Origin: Daphnia carinata
Taxonomy: Eukaryota
Direction: 5' to 3'
DNA: 64,000 nucleotides
NCBI RefSeq assembly: GCF_022539665.2
Contig: NC_081332.1
Coordinates: 7,130,001 to 7,194,000 of the forward strand
Shown: positions 48,998 through 62,258 of the stretch, piece after piece
How positions within the stretch are numbered: position 1 is the stretch's first letter
Layout: each line of letters opens with the position of its first letter
Notes under the pieces: model-generated
Database searches by the model: none
What the model was told of the DNA's origin: nothing
Seen by the model: only the letters and a program-made list of their open reading frames with translations
Program-made: the position numbers and the translations under genes

Positions 48998-50441
48998 CAG
49001 GGTTGGATTACCGCGTTAAAAAAATACCGCGATAGTACCGCGATAATGCGGTATTACCGCTACCGTTACCACGGTATTTTTTCTAATGGTTACCGCTACC
49101 GTTACCGCTAGTAAAAAATAACAAAAATCGGTAACGGTACTTTTACGCCATCTAACGATGCGACTATTAATTTTTTCCTGTTTTTAGCAGACTGCATTTC
49201 AAGTAAATATTTCAAAATGTTTTTTATCCCTATTTCCAAAGTTGTTCACAGGATTTGAGGGATTTCGATCAATCAAATACGTCTAAATTTCGGACAAATG
49301 CTACTATGGTACCCTTAACAAGTTGCATTCTCACTTTTGCAGGTTTATCTAGGCTAGTACTAGGAATGTTTTATGGCTCCTATTGCAGCAGTATTTAAAA
49401 TTTTAAAGTATTGCAACCATCCATAGAATATTGTAAAAAATGTTGCTATTATTTGTGTGTACTTCAAGTTATTAAAGAGAGATAGAGGTTATGATAGTCT
49501 AGTTTATTTTAGCTTTACGTTTAATGAATTTTTTTCTATTCAAAATTGGTTATTTTAAATTTTCTACTAATGACAATTATATATCCGAAATTGATTCAAG
49601 TATGGATATTGTCTCTGAACCATCCCTTGACATATCCATCAACATTGGTGAGGCGAAAACTAGTTCTACACGATCAAAAACAAAAGGGAAAAGGTGAGAA
49701 AATGAAACATGAAACAAGCTTTAAACCCACCAAATTAATTCACATTATAAATCGAAGTTCAGTTTTAGATGGCAAAAAACGTATCATTCTCTATCCTGAA
49801 ACGCTTATCAAATAAGTTGGACCAGGCAAGAGAAAGGGAACTTCGTATGATGAATGCCTTATTGGACAGTGCAAAGTAAAGCCAAAGGCACTATCAGCAG
49901 TAGACAATTTAAGAGGCAACAGCACAAAACACCTAATTAACTCAATTAAACATAACAAAGAAAATTTTGAAAATTTCAATTTTCTATGCAAAGAAACTGA
50001 CATTACCAAGTGAAACGAATTTCAAAGTGAAACGAAGTAGTTCTTTCCTGAAAACACAAGGAACTTCAGCAACATTAAAAGAAACTCAAACAAAACTAGC
50101 GTAAAGTGGCAACCTATGAATTTTAGATCTTAATTACATTACGAGACCGAAATTTAGATTTTTTTTGTGCATGCTATACACTCGTCTTGGAGTCAAAACA
50201 AAACGATACTGTGAGAAGTGCGATAAGTGTTTCCTTCGAAAGAAAAAGATAAGGCTCAAAGGAAACCTGAATGAAGCAAAATGGCTCTGCAATATTGCTG
50301 ACTGGTTTTAAGGGCCAACAGTTCTTTATCATAAAATCACATCAATACTGAAGTGGTGTTCATGAAGTTTGATCGTATTATGCAAAAAAAAATTTTTACC
50401 GCTACCGTTACCGTGCTTTACTTGGAAAAAATTACCGCAAG
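48998..50441 (+). mobile_element. hAT-like DNA transposon remnant
   Basis: CAGGGTTG start, clustered taccgc/taccgt subterminal motifs at 49008-49140 and 50397-50440, degenerate BED-finger-like segment near 49850-49960, and ADW near 50297. Confidence 0.6.
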
Positions 50442-52199
50442 ATTAAGAAGATTGGGGAGGAGCTGTTAACACCCTAAAGCTCATTTTGGACCTGGATCCC
50501 GCAAAACGGGAGGTCGGAGAAAAAGGCCCAGACGAAAAAGGCCCACGAAAAAGGCCCAGACGAAAAAGGCCCACGAAAAAGGCCCATACGAAAAAGGCCC
50601 ATTCAAAAAAGGCCCACTTTTTTCCCAATTTTAAAAGTAGGCCTTTTTCTCCAGTCAATTTCCATGTTCCTAAACACTTTATACTTGTTTCCAAAATGTA
50701 ATTCCAACCTCCTATTCCATGGAATTTGGAATGTACAAAGTTTGCTGAAGGCGTTACTTTCTATAAGGTTTGCCGAGATGAAACAATGTTAGCGTATGTA
50801 CGCTAGTTAATCTTTGATTATTTATTCGGTAGCAATCTGATTTCGGATTATGTTAATATTTATATATTGCTAATATACCGTTAAATAAAGTACATTTTTC
50901 ACAATTTTTGCTTATTTAACTACTATCGCTTCTTTAAATATAATATAGGAAATATATGTTTTTCGCACTTAGCCTTGTTTTGTCCACCCTCTTTGATCAT
51001 TCTTCATACCCCAGTTAGTTAGTTTATTATTATTAACATTTGATAAATAATGTTTATAGGAATAATATTACAAACTGAAACTATCGTCTGAGGCAAGGAC
51101 AAAAAAAAATATTAGAATTCAATATTGATTCTCACACCATTTATTTCCTTATCACATTTTCAATTCTTTTCACAATTACAAAGAGTCAAATAAATATATT
51201 AAAATCATAACCTACTGCTATAGCTATGCGGTTACTGCTAACTGTTATCTAGGCTTGGAGCGCTTTTCACCAAAGCAATAAATAGTTCGAGCAAAACTGG
51301 AATATGCAATTTGCGCAGGAACGTCTATGAGTCAAACTTAAATAGTTAATGCAGGGCTTTTGTTAAAGAGCAATCTTTTGTGAAAGAATAACTTCACCTT
51401 TAGTCCGAGAGAACCATCTACGTCTCTGGTAATAACTCGCGTTTTCCCAGCTATTATAAATGAATTTTTGCGTTTTGAGTCTTGTTTTCCCCCTTATGCA
51501 CATTTTCAAGCAGCTATTGTTTACCTAATTATACATTATATACTACAGTGAAATAAAAGGAAGCTTTGCATTTGCCGTCAACAAAGCTACTAACAATTAC
51601 AAATCAATTTTTATTATTTTGTACCATGAAGGACTTCTTTTAATGAGTCTGTTATTAGTGAAAACACTAAACCTTTTAAAATGAATCTGATTTTTTTTCT
51701 TCAAATTTTCCACGATCATAGAAGACATGCCAGTGTATTTTAATAAAAAACTATCACGACATGTCCTGCACATGAAAGAACACGAGTTTACCTCATCCAT
51801 GAGTCAGTATCAGTATTTCATACGATAAATTTTGCTTGTTTTGATTTGGTTTAATCACTTTATGTTCTTTCTTTTCAGTGTTCTTTTTCATAATGTAGGC
51901 TTTTCTCTTTTTCTGTTGTTATTCCTTTCTCTTTTCCTTTTCTTCGATGCGTTCAGCCCAATTTTTTTTTACTTTCTGATTTGATTTCATCTCGTTTCTT
52001 AATTTATTTGTCAAGCAATTCCACACAGACTTTTACCTATTGCAATACAGAAAGGTTAAAAGTTTTGAGACCTTACAAATGTGTTTGTAAAATTGAAAGT
52101 TTACCTGAAAACCTTCAGCTATTTGCAAAGCACCATTTCATGCCTGTTTCTCTTCATGCTTCTTGCATTCTGAACTTCAGCTTGGCCTACCAAGATTCT

Positions 52200-54300
52200 C
52201 ACTATTGGTTTAAGCTTTTCTTCTTCATTTTAATCGTTGCCACTGATGGATCTAAAGTGGTCTTTTTCAGAATGGATGAGGGATTAAATAGTTCTCCAAA
52301 ATCAAATTTCATGAAAACTAGGCAGCCTTCACTGTTGAAAATTGGTGTTGGCAGTGTAATTGCTAATCTTCTTTCAGGAATTTCTGCTTTGACAAACTCT
52401 GAAAGACCAGAGGTTGATGACACGGATGCTGCCTGGGTGGCTCATACACGTTTGGCAATTCAGGACCTTTTCTTCTTATTTTTCCTTTTTAAATTCTTCT
52501 TCATTTCGTCTAATTTCTGTTTAGTTTGGTTTGTGTTTTCTTATCAGATAAATCCAGCATTTTCCCTGAAAATCAATGGAATAAACTGTCCAGTTTTCCT
52601 TAAATGTAAAGATTAACACATACCTGTGAAGTGTGAGAGCTTAACTGTTGGACGTTCTTGCAGTTCTTCAGGATTGGGAGCATGGTTCCTGATGTTTTTT
52701 CAGAAACAGCTGGCATATCCACATCATTGCTATCAGGATCTGTATGAAGCTGTTCAGCAACATGATCAATAGCAGTCATCCATTCTTCCCTAGAATCCAA
52801 CAACAAAGTTATGCTCACAATTTTTGTTATTTCATGCAGAAGAAAACCACAACATATGAATATTTTAAAAATTAGGTTTTGACGATGATTTTAAGATTTT
52901 AAGGTTTTGGAGATATTCTAAGATGTATTGGTTAGTAAAATGTTATACCATTTTCATAATTTGGTATCCTTCCACAGTAAAATTGTTGAGTGGTTAAGCA
53001 AGTCCTATGTTTGGCTTTGGTTTATGCTTGGATCCTAGTAGTAATCAATAATCCCGTATAACAAAATATCTTTGACACCAATTTTTTATGTGTTCTTTTG
53101 TCAACCCTATTGCTATGTCAGCCTGAAATGGCAGCAAGATACGAAATGGCTATTGCCATGTCAGGTAGACATGGCAAAATCGCATACCACGGCTATTGCC
53201 ATGTCAAATGAAATAACATACACTTGATGTATTTGGTATATATTTAGATATGTATGTCTATATATATTGCAATTACAACAATAGTAATATAATTTCTTAA
53301 CTCTCCATGAAGAGTTATAAAATAAAATGGTTATTTTGTGTGCATCTGTACATGTATGTTTTATTTGCCATAGTTTCTCTAAATTTTTTTTATGTAATGT
53401 ATTGTTTACCCAGTTCTTAATACTAAAGAAAAATAAGCTAGATTGGGAATGAGATACAATTTCACCAATTTTTAACGATGTCACAACGACGTTTATGATG
53501 TGTCAATAATACAGTAGACGCTTTAGTCGCACGGAAAGTGTTTATGCTTAACATATAGCTATAACAGTTTTCTTTGTACAAATTTACAAAACAGTGTCAC
53601 AGTGTAAGCAAGGCACGATCCCAGAGGAGTGAAGGAAATTCATCGGTAACAAAAATTTATTTAAAGCCACCGCGGCAACCTTTTCTAATCATTACAAACA
53701 ACATTAAACAAAAAATATTAACTGTTAACAAGCTTTCAGGAACTTTTGAACATTCGGCAGTAAACTGTTTAAACATTTACTTGATCCCAGTGGCAGAAAA
53801 GAAAATTCACCAGTAACGGATGAATTTCTGCAAATACAGAATGTTTTAAATGTAAATAGAAGTATTATTGTATCATTTATTATTATTTCAAAATATAGAT
53901 ATATATGTATATAACATACCTTTGACATTAGGGATATGCAATTTCATTAGACATGGCAATAGCTGTGGTGGGCGAATTTGCCATGTCGCCCCTGACGTAG
54001 TAGAACCCATTGTCATTGGCCAAGAACCAATGGGGGAGGAGCAACCATATCCCCGTATACAGGCCTGACATGTCAATAGCCATATCGTATCTTACTGCCA
54101 TGTCAGTCTGACATGGCAATAGATTTTTCGGTGTTCTCCTAGAAAACAAAATAAACATTGAATGAATGAGAATGCATAATATATTCCACATCAACAATTT
54201 AAGTGCAAGCTGCACGTAAGTCTCTGTAGAAGAGCTTACTCAATTTACCTCTTTAAAGCAGCCAGCCGTCCTTTATGGTAAAAGGAGCTTTTGGTAGAAT
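52200..54300 (-). pseudogene. Partial Akt copy (PH-domain exons) joined to unrelated exons
   Basis: Minus-strand exons read ...DGWLL, GEHIKNW(C)QRYF and REEWMTAIDHVAEQLHTDPDSNDVDM. Non-Akt sequence with GT/AG boundaries follows. Confidence 0.75.
53097..54133. mobile_element. Non-autonomous TIR element (MITE) inserted in the left Akt copy
   Basis: TIRs ctattgctatgtcagcctgaaatggcagcaagatacg (from 53107) and cgtatcttactgccatgtcagtctgacatggcaatag (to 54122). It splits the GEHIKNW exon. Flanking duplication ttct (or gtgttct). Confidence 0.8.
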
Positions 54301-54989
54301 CTATTGCACCGAAACATTTTGTTGTAATAACGGCCTTTTCCCTTCTTTCGCCGAATTCTTTCGGTACTAGCTTCGATGCTAGCAGACAATAACAGCAAAG
54401 CTATCAATGGTATTCGCATACTACACCGATAGATGGAAACCATGAACAATAACAAAGTAACTAAATTTTGTTGAATTTGTATTATAAGACTTAAAATTTT
54501 TTTTAAATTTCAATTGACAATCTTAAGAGTTTATTTTACTACGTTTGTTTTTTGTACTACCCTTCATACGATTTTTTGGATACTTACTCTGCTTTTACTG
54601 CCCTCAAGTGCAGGCGTCCTGAACCTAAATTTAGCTTGAAAATGTCGACGAACCTAGCCTATTGTTATTTTCTTTAGAGAACGACATTAAGATTGTCGAT
54701 TGAAATTTCAAAACAAAATTTATGCTTGTATTACAAATTCGACAATTTTTTTTTTTTTTATTGTTCATGGTTTTCATCTCGGTGTAGCGTGCGAATCCCA
54801 ATGATAGCTTTGCTGTGCTGCTATTGTCTGCTAGAATCACTAAAAATGGCGCCCAAGTTTCGTTTCATTAATCCCAATAATCATTTACGCTTTTCTAATG
54901 TCAAGATTGCGGTTTTCACTTGTCCAGTTGCTGTGATCCTATTACAGTTAATCTTGCATAGGCTTTTTACTTCTGTTTTTGGTATTGAA

Positions 54990-57010
54990 ATAAGGGCTGA
55001 GTCTGTGGCACTAGTAAACAACTCCTTCTACCATAAAGGAAGGCTGGCTGCTTTAAAGAGGTAAGTTGAGAAACCTGCTACAGAAACTTACGCACAGCAT
55101 TCTTCTCTAATTGTTGATGTGGAATGTATTTTGCAGGCTTATTCACATTCATTTTTTTTTGTTTTCTAGGAGAACATAAAAATTGGTGTCAAAGATATTT
55201 TGTTCTACTAGATGATGGATTATTACTAGGATTCAAGCATAAACCAAAGCCAAACATAGGACTTGCTGAACTACTCAACAATTTTACTGTGGAAGTATGT
55301 CAAATTATGAAAGTGGTAAAACATTTTACTAACCAATACTTTATAGAACATCTTTACTTTGTTTTTGGATGATAGCAAAGGACCGTCCAAAACCATTCAC
55401 CTTTCTGATTCGAGGTCTTCAATGGATGACTGTAATTGAAAGGTCTTTTGATATTGGCTCTGAAAGAGGAAGGTATGTGAAGGACCAAAGCCTAATTTTA
55501 AAAATATTCATAAATAGTGGCCACCTTATGCATGAATAAACCAAAATTGTGAGCGTAACTTTGTTGTTGGATTCTAGGGAAGAATGGATGGCTGCTATTG
55601 AGCATGTTGCTGACCGGCTTCATACAGACCTGATAGCAATGATGTGGATATTCTCGCTGATTTCGAAGAAAGCGATATAGAGGGCTCATCATCGTTGTTA
55701 TTTCTATCTAAAAAATTTGGTTTCTTTGCCAATGGATGCAGAGAATGATGAATTGCAAATGAAATTTCTCGTAACCGGAACGTCAAATAGACCTCATCAT
55801 TCAGGGAAGAAGGAAGTGGTACGTAGTCGAAGAGATACAAATATGTGGTTTATTAATAGTGAAGATGGTTTAACCATTTTTAACTATTTCTTATTACAAT
55901 GTTGTTCCTTTTTTACCCCAATATTTGTTTGAAACAGACTTTAGAAAACTTTGAGTTCATCAAAATGTTGGACAAAGGTATGTTTGGAAAGGTGATTCTT
56001 TGCCGAGAAAAGGCACTGGCTACTTGTTCGCCATCAAAATCTTAAAAAGGAAGTCATTGTTGCATTAGAAGAAGTTGCCCACATTCTTACGGAAAACCGC
56101 ATGCCACCACCAACCATCCTTTTTCTTTTATTGTAAAACAGTTTTCATTAAATAATATTGCACCATTTCTCATTCATATTTTTAAAACTTTGAAACAGGC
56201 ATTAAAATATTCCGTTCAAACAGCTGAATGGTTGTGTTTTGTAATGAAATATGTTAACGGCGGTGAAATGTTTTTTCATCTTTCACGTGAACGAAATTTT
56301 TCTGAAGACAAAACGCGGTTTTACGAAGCGGAAATTGTTTCAGCGCTAGGTTATTTACACGATCAAAGCATTATCTGTAGGGACCTTAAGGAAACAAACT
56401 GATGGATAAATTGTTTTGTTTCTTGGGGTTTTACCTACGAAACGATTTTTTGTTACCAGCTGGAAAATTTGTTACTCGACAAAGATGGACACATAGAGGT
56501 TGCTGACTTTGGACTTTGTAAAGAGGATACCACGTACGGACGGACTGCCAAAACATTTGCTGAACCCCCGAGTACCTTGCCCCCGAAGTGCTTGAAGAAA
56601 ACGACAACGGGAGGACAGTAGATTGGTAGGGCTTGCGTGTTGTCATGTATGAGCTCATTTGCGGTCACCTTCCGTTTTACGACCGGGATCACGACATTCT
56701 CTTTGACCGAAGTTAGTACTATTCTTTTGAAAGAAGTTAGATTCCCTCGAACGCTATTGCAGGAAGCAAAAGATCTTCTTGGCGGGCTTTTAGCTAAGGA
56801 TCCACATAAGAGATTAGGAGGTGGCCCGGATGATTCTCAAGAAAACATTCTACATCCATTTTTCATACCGATATCTTGGACAGATCTAGTTCAAGGGAAG
56901 GTACGTGGGCGTGCAGGTTGTATTGAATGTTTTGATTTTACCCTGTCTGCTGCACGCAGATTCCACCACCGTTCAAGCCGCAAGTGGTGAGTGAAAGGCA
57001 CCCGATAATT
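54990..57010 (+). pseudogene. Akt: RAC serine/threonine kinase Akt/PKB, intron-containing pseudogene lacking the C-terminal hydrophobic motif
   Basis: About 8 exons: KEGWL, GEHKNWCQRYFVL, DRPKPFTFLIRGLQWMTVIERSF, REEWMAAI, TLENFEFIKML...[69 protein letters not shown]. Frameshifts, a stop in the activation loop and a mutated donor at 56391. Confidence 0.92.
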
Positions 57011-58409
57011 CTGTATCTATGGTTATGATCAATGAGAGAAATAAACTATTTGTAAAATTGATAAAACTCTTACAAATGTTTGCGTAATCCATTTTTAATT
57101 ACTTAATACTTCAATTGAAGGTTTTAGGAACTTATTCCTAAGTGTGAAATAAATGCATGCTGAAATTCAAAGATCAAATCAAGATTGATTAATAGTAATC
57201 TTTTTCTTTTGTCCGTGCTTCAGACGATAGTTAGTGTAAGATTGTAATATTTTTCCTATAAACATATTCATCAAATGTTAGTAATAATGAACTAGACTTC
57301 ACGATAACAAATCTCGTTCCTAGCACCCACCAAAAGCCCCACGGAACTCATTCAATTTTCGTCCCTACCATGTAGGCCTAGTTCTTTCCATTGTCCACAA
57401 AAGGCACTACCGATAAGAGTAGTGCCTTATTTATTTTGCTTTTTCGGCGTCAGTAGGGATAGGGCTAAAAGCATACCACACAACGAACCATTGTTTTTTA
57501 TCTATGGCATAAGTATCGCAAAAGAGAAGTTACAAGGGAGACTGAGTGAGGTGGGGGGGAGAGAATGAGCAAGAGGGTGGACAGAACAAGGCGAAGTGCG
57601 GAAAACATAGATTTCTTATATTATATTTTAAGACGCGATAGTTGTTCAATAAACAAAAAATGTAAAAAATGAACTTTATATAACGAGTTATTAGCATTAG
57701 ATAAATACTAACATATTCGGAAATCTCATTACTACCGAATCAATAATCAATAATTAAATAGCGCACATACGCTAACATTGTTTGATCTCTGCAAACCTTA
57801 GAGGAGGTGACAGTTTCAGCAACCTTCGTACATTCCAACTTCCACGGAATAGGAGGTGGGAAATATATTTTGGAAACAAATATCAAGTTTTTAGAACTTG
57901 GAAATTGAGCGGAGAAAAAGGCACTACACTTCGTCGTTCTTCTTTCACTTTTTCTTCTTTCCCTATCAACAATTGATAAACAGTAGTAAAACTAACTGTA
58001 AAAGAAATGGGGGAAAAACGAACCGTGCGTCCTTGGTAGAACGCTATCCGACCCTACCCAGCAATAAACAATTCCCCTCATGACAACGTCACAGAAAACT
58101 GACACCTGTGGAAACAATCGAGTGACACCTCAAGAGACTTAGTGTTGAACTCGAACTTCTAACGAAAAAAAAATAAGGAAGTTAAAAACTACAAGTGGAA
58201 GGCTTGCCTATATAAGTCAATGTGTTTCGTACGTCGATCCTCATCCATTCACAGCTCATCAACGCTGCAGACCACCAGCACTACAGTGGAACTGCCCGGG
58301 AAATCACTAGGAAAAGTAAGAAGTCAACAACCCAAGATGGCCGACGACGAGTCCCGCCGACCATGGCTGCCCTCTTCTAAGCGTGAAGGAATAGGAAGAA
58401 GGAATAGCA

Positions 58410-61400
58410 AAGCATAACGAGCAACACCTCGAAGATGACGCGTATTTATCTTTTTCGTGCTTCACCGAAAGAAGCGTTAAAGACTGGTTTGCAGATTCAG
58501 GATGCACACAACATATGACTGACCAACGCTCCATTTTCTGCACTTTCACTCCAATCTCGTCTGACACATGGACTGTCAATGGGATTGGATCTTCCCGTTT
58601 ATTCGTACGTGGATATGGAAACATTGAGTTTATCGTAACAACAGGTGGCACACACGAGTAATTGAAACTGCCAAAGTTCTCTATGTACCATGTCTAGGTA
58701 CCAATCTTATTTCCATCGCTACAGTAAGTGACGTTGGCTTGTCAGTGCACTTTATTGAAACCAAGGTGACATTTGAGAAAAATTTGGCTGTCATTGTGAT
58801 AGGTGAACGAATTGGAAAAAGTCTCTATCATCTCTCAATAGTTCCAAAGCTGTCAGATGACAAACCCTTGAAGGATTCAGCATGTTTGGCAGCCTCATCA
58901 GCAAACACAATCGCTGTATGGCATCAAAGGTTGGCGCATGTAAGCTACAAGACTATTTTAAATATGGCAACAAAACAACTAGTCGACGGTCTTCATCTCC
59001 CGAAAAACACTAACCTTCGAACTCAACCGTGCATTGGATGCATTTCAGGAAAAATGCAACGTTCCCCATTTCCAGTTGGACGGAGCAGAGCAAAGGAAGT
59101 TGGACAACTGGTCCATTCGAACGTATGTGGCCCCATGCACGTATCTACGCCGGGGGGAGCAAAGTTCTTTGTGCTCTTCACTGATGATTACAGCGGATGG
59201 CGAGCGGTCTACTTCTTAAAACAAAAATCCGAGGTGGCTGAATCTTTTAAGAGTTTTGTGAGCGTTCTCCGCAGTGAAACAGGAGACTTAGTACACACGC
59301 TGAGAGTGGATAACGGTGGCGAATTAATGAGCCATTCCTTCAAAACTTGGCTATCGGACAGAGCCATCAGGTTGGAATCCTCTGCACCCTATTCGCCGGA
59401 GCAAAATGGTGTCTCGGAAAGAGCCAACCGGACGATCATGGAAGGTGGGCGCTCGTTAATTCACGCTAAACACTTACCAATGGAACTATGGGAAGAAGCC
59501 ATCGCCTGTGCTGTTTATGTCCTCAATCGTGTCAGCAACAGTACAACCTCAACAACACCCTACCAAGCTTGGCATGGGGAAAAACCTAACATTTCTCATC
59601 AACGGATCTTTGGATCGCCCGCATTTATACACATCCAAAAGCAGAAAGACGCAAATTAGAATCAAAAAGCTTCCAGTGCTTTTTTGTTGGCTACTCACCC
59701 AAAAGGCATATCGATTTTGGGATCCAGTCGGTAGAGAAAAAAATATAAGTCGGGATGTTATTTTTGATGAAAGCTGTAACACTTATCTCATTTCCTTCAC
59801 CAAATAGATACTAACAGTTTTGATGAGCTTTTTCCAAAGCCGATCAACTTTACAACACCAGCCGAAGACAAAATCAACCCTGTTAACATGATTCCCCAGA
59901 TTGCAGTGGAAACGGAAAACCAATCGGAATCATCTTCTTCTACTCCAGAACTCTCAGATAGTCCATCGGTTGCTCCAAAACACACTCCAGTCCAAGCGGA
60001 AGCCGAGTTCGACTCTACCACTTCAAGCACAGAAACACTTCACCCTGAGACCAACATATACATGGATGTATCCTCATCCACACGCTGCTCACCATATCCT
60101 TTACGAGTGCGTGAACCAAAACGTCAATGGAAATCTCTGCAGTCAACTGTCAGCCAATATAAAGAAATCTACGAGCCGACTACTTATGCTGATGCGATGG
60201 AATGTGCTGATGCACACGAGTGGAAGGTGGCTATCCAAGATGAGTATAACTCGCTGATACTCAACAAGACATGGTATCTCACTCCACTCCCACAAAATCG
60301 GACAGCAATCAAATCACGCTGGGTGTTTAAAGTGAAACAGGGTACGGTAAATTCCCCTCCACGTTACAAAGCAAGATTAGTTACCAAGGGGTTCTCACAA
60401 CGACCCGGGGTTGACTATGAAGAAACATTCTCACCAGTTGTGAAACATGATGCACTTCGAATAATCTTATCTCTTGTCGCCACTCTTCGACTTAGATATG
60501 TCGCAGCTCGATATCAAGACGGCTTTTCTCTATGGAGCATTGGATGAAGAAATTTATCTCCAACAATTTGAGGGATATGTCTCCCCATTTATGGAAAACC
60601 ATGATTGCCGACTACAGAAATGCCTATACGGTCTTAGGCAAGCCTCAAGAGTATGGAATAGCCATTTTGATACATTTTTAAAGAAATTTGGTTTACAATC
60701 AAGCAATGCAGACCCATGCCTCTACTTTCGCCGCAACAGTAGTGAAATCCTTTTTGTTGTCATCTGGGTTGACGATGGCCTCATCATTAGCAACAATCGA
60801 AATCTGGTAACTGAAATAATTGATTATCTAAGAAGGATTTTTGAGATACGATGTACCCCTGTTAACTATTTCGTCGGTATCTTCATCAATCGAAGACGAA
60901 AAGAACATTATTCATCTCACAACCTGATTACATTTTAAAAATTCTCAATCGCTTTCACATGACAGACTGCCATCCCAAAAGTATTCCAGCACAACCGGGA
61001 TGCCGCTTGACTCAAAATACTGGAGAGAAGTCTTTAATCAACGTACCATACCCGGAAGCGGTCGGAAGTCTGATTTACCTGGCGATAGTGTCTCGCCCAG
61101 ACATCTCATTCGCTGTTGCCCAAGTGGCACCATTTTCAGAAAAGCCACAACAACATCACTGGGCAGCAGTTCGGAAAATATTTGCATATCTCAAAGGTAC
61201 ACAGGAACATGGAATCCACTTCGGTCCAACAAACGAACGCTTTGCCTTCACCTTGCTCTCTCTCGATATCGTCTGCTACTATATAAGTCACGTTTTTCCT
61301 CTCAGTGCTTTAGCATAAATGTCTTTGGTGGTAACGCCTATATTCAACTCTTTTTCTTTCGCCGCTTATATGTGTGGTAAGTGCAATTTGTTCTCCATGC

Positions 61401-61494
61401 TATATACAAATGCTGTGAATACGAACTAACTAAATGTTCATAGACCTGTATACCAATACAGAAGCCTCGTACATATATCATTGTATATTCAACA
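58410..61494 (+). mobile_element. Copia element (Copia-2), relative of Copia-1; gag and RNaseH missing, partial 3' LTR about 61243-61494
   Basis: WFADSGCTQHM, WHQRLAH, INT, RT (WVDD, SRPDISFAV). LTR-like tail with TATA, gtctgct and cagaagcc motifs shared with the Copia-1 LTR, ending TTCAACA. Confidence 0.9.
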
Positions 61495-62258
61495 TACTTC
61501 ATGATCTTTGAATGTATATATTGAAACTCACTGAATCAAACTATATTCACCTTGAATACACGTATATTTGATACTGTTTGAATGCAGATCATGAAACTGA
61601 TTATATAACACTATATTCACATTGAATACACGTATACTTGATGCTGTTTGAAAATAGATATTGAATCTGATTCTTAACACAATATTCACATTGAATACAC
61701 GCATATTTGATACTGTTTGAATGTAGGTATTGAAACTCACTGTACCATACTATATTCACATTGAATACACGTCTATTTAACACTGTTTGAATGTAGATCA
61801 CGAAACTGATTCTATAACTCTATATTCACATTGAATACACGTATATTTGATGCTGTTTGGATGTAGATTTGACACTGATTCTATAACACTATATTCATGT
61901 TTAATACAGGTATATTTGATGCTGTTTGAATGTAGATCATAAAACTCCCCGTATCACACTATATTCACGTTGAATACGCGTATTTCTTATTCTGTTTAAA
62001 TATAGAGATTGAAACTCACTGTATCACACTATATTCAAGTTGAATACACGTATATTTAATTCTGTTTGGATGTAGATATTAAAACTCACTGTATAACACT
62101 ATATTCATATTGAATACACGTATATTTGATGCTGTTTGAATGTAGATATTGAAACTCACTGTTTCATACTATATTCACATTGAATACACGTATATTTGAT
62201 ACTGTTTGAATGTAGATCATGAAACTGATTCTATAAAAATATATTCACATTGAATACA
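61495..62258 (-). repeat. 70-bp satellite, reverse orientation
   Basis: Same monomer, reverse complement. Confidence 0.95.

Larger units (their letters stand above)
50508..57926. mobile_element. Fold-back / Pack-MULE-like DNA element with long diverged inverted arms carrying Akt sequence
   Basis: 50636-51005 is the reverse complement of 57560-57926. 51015-51110 pairs with 57200-57297. 54378-54527 pairs with 54687-54837. Terminal array of seven aaaaaggccca units at 50520-50616. Confidence 0.75.

Noticed and set aside
50443..50701. Lys/Arg-rich ORF 50486-50701 and its antisense ORF as proteins
   Set aside because: They are translations of the aaaaaggccca terminal repeat array.
35648..54122. 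Shared attgccatgtc word between the Gypsy-A intergenic repeats and the MITE TIRs
   Set aside because: Only about 11 nt with no flanking similarity; coincidence cannot be excluded.
54990..57010. Functional host Akt gene
   Set aside because: Frameshifts, a stop in the activation segment, an altered Gly-loop, a lost splice donor and a missing C-terminus.
57927..58410. Possible further LTR fragment (TG at 58081, TATA near 58210, GTAAG near 58316)
   Set aside because: No partner LTR, PBS or TSD in the window, so it cannot be assigned.
61528..61801. ORFs in satellite, and the N-terminus of ORF 63048-63800
   Set aside because: Chance read-through of the 70-bp repeat.
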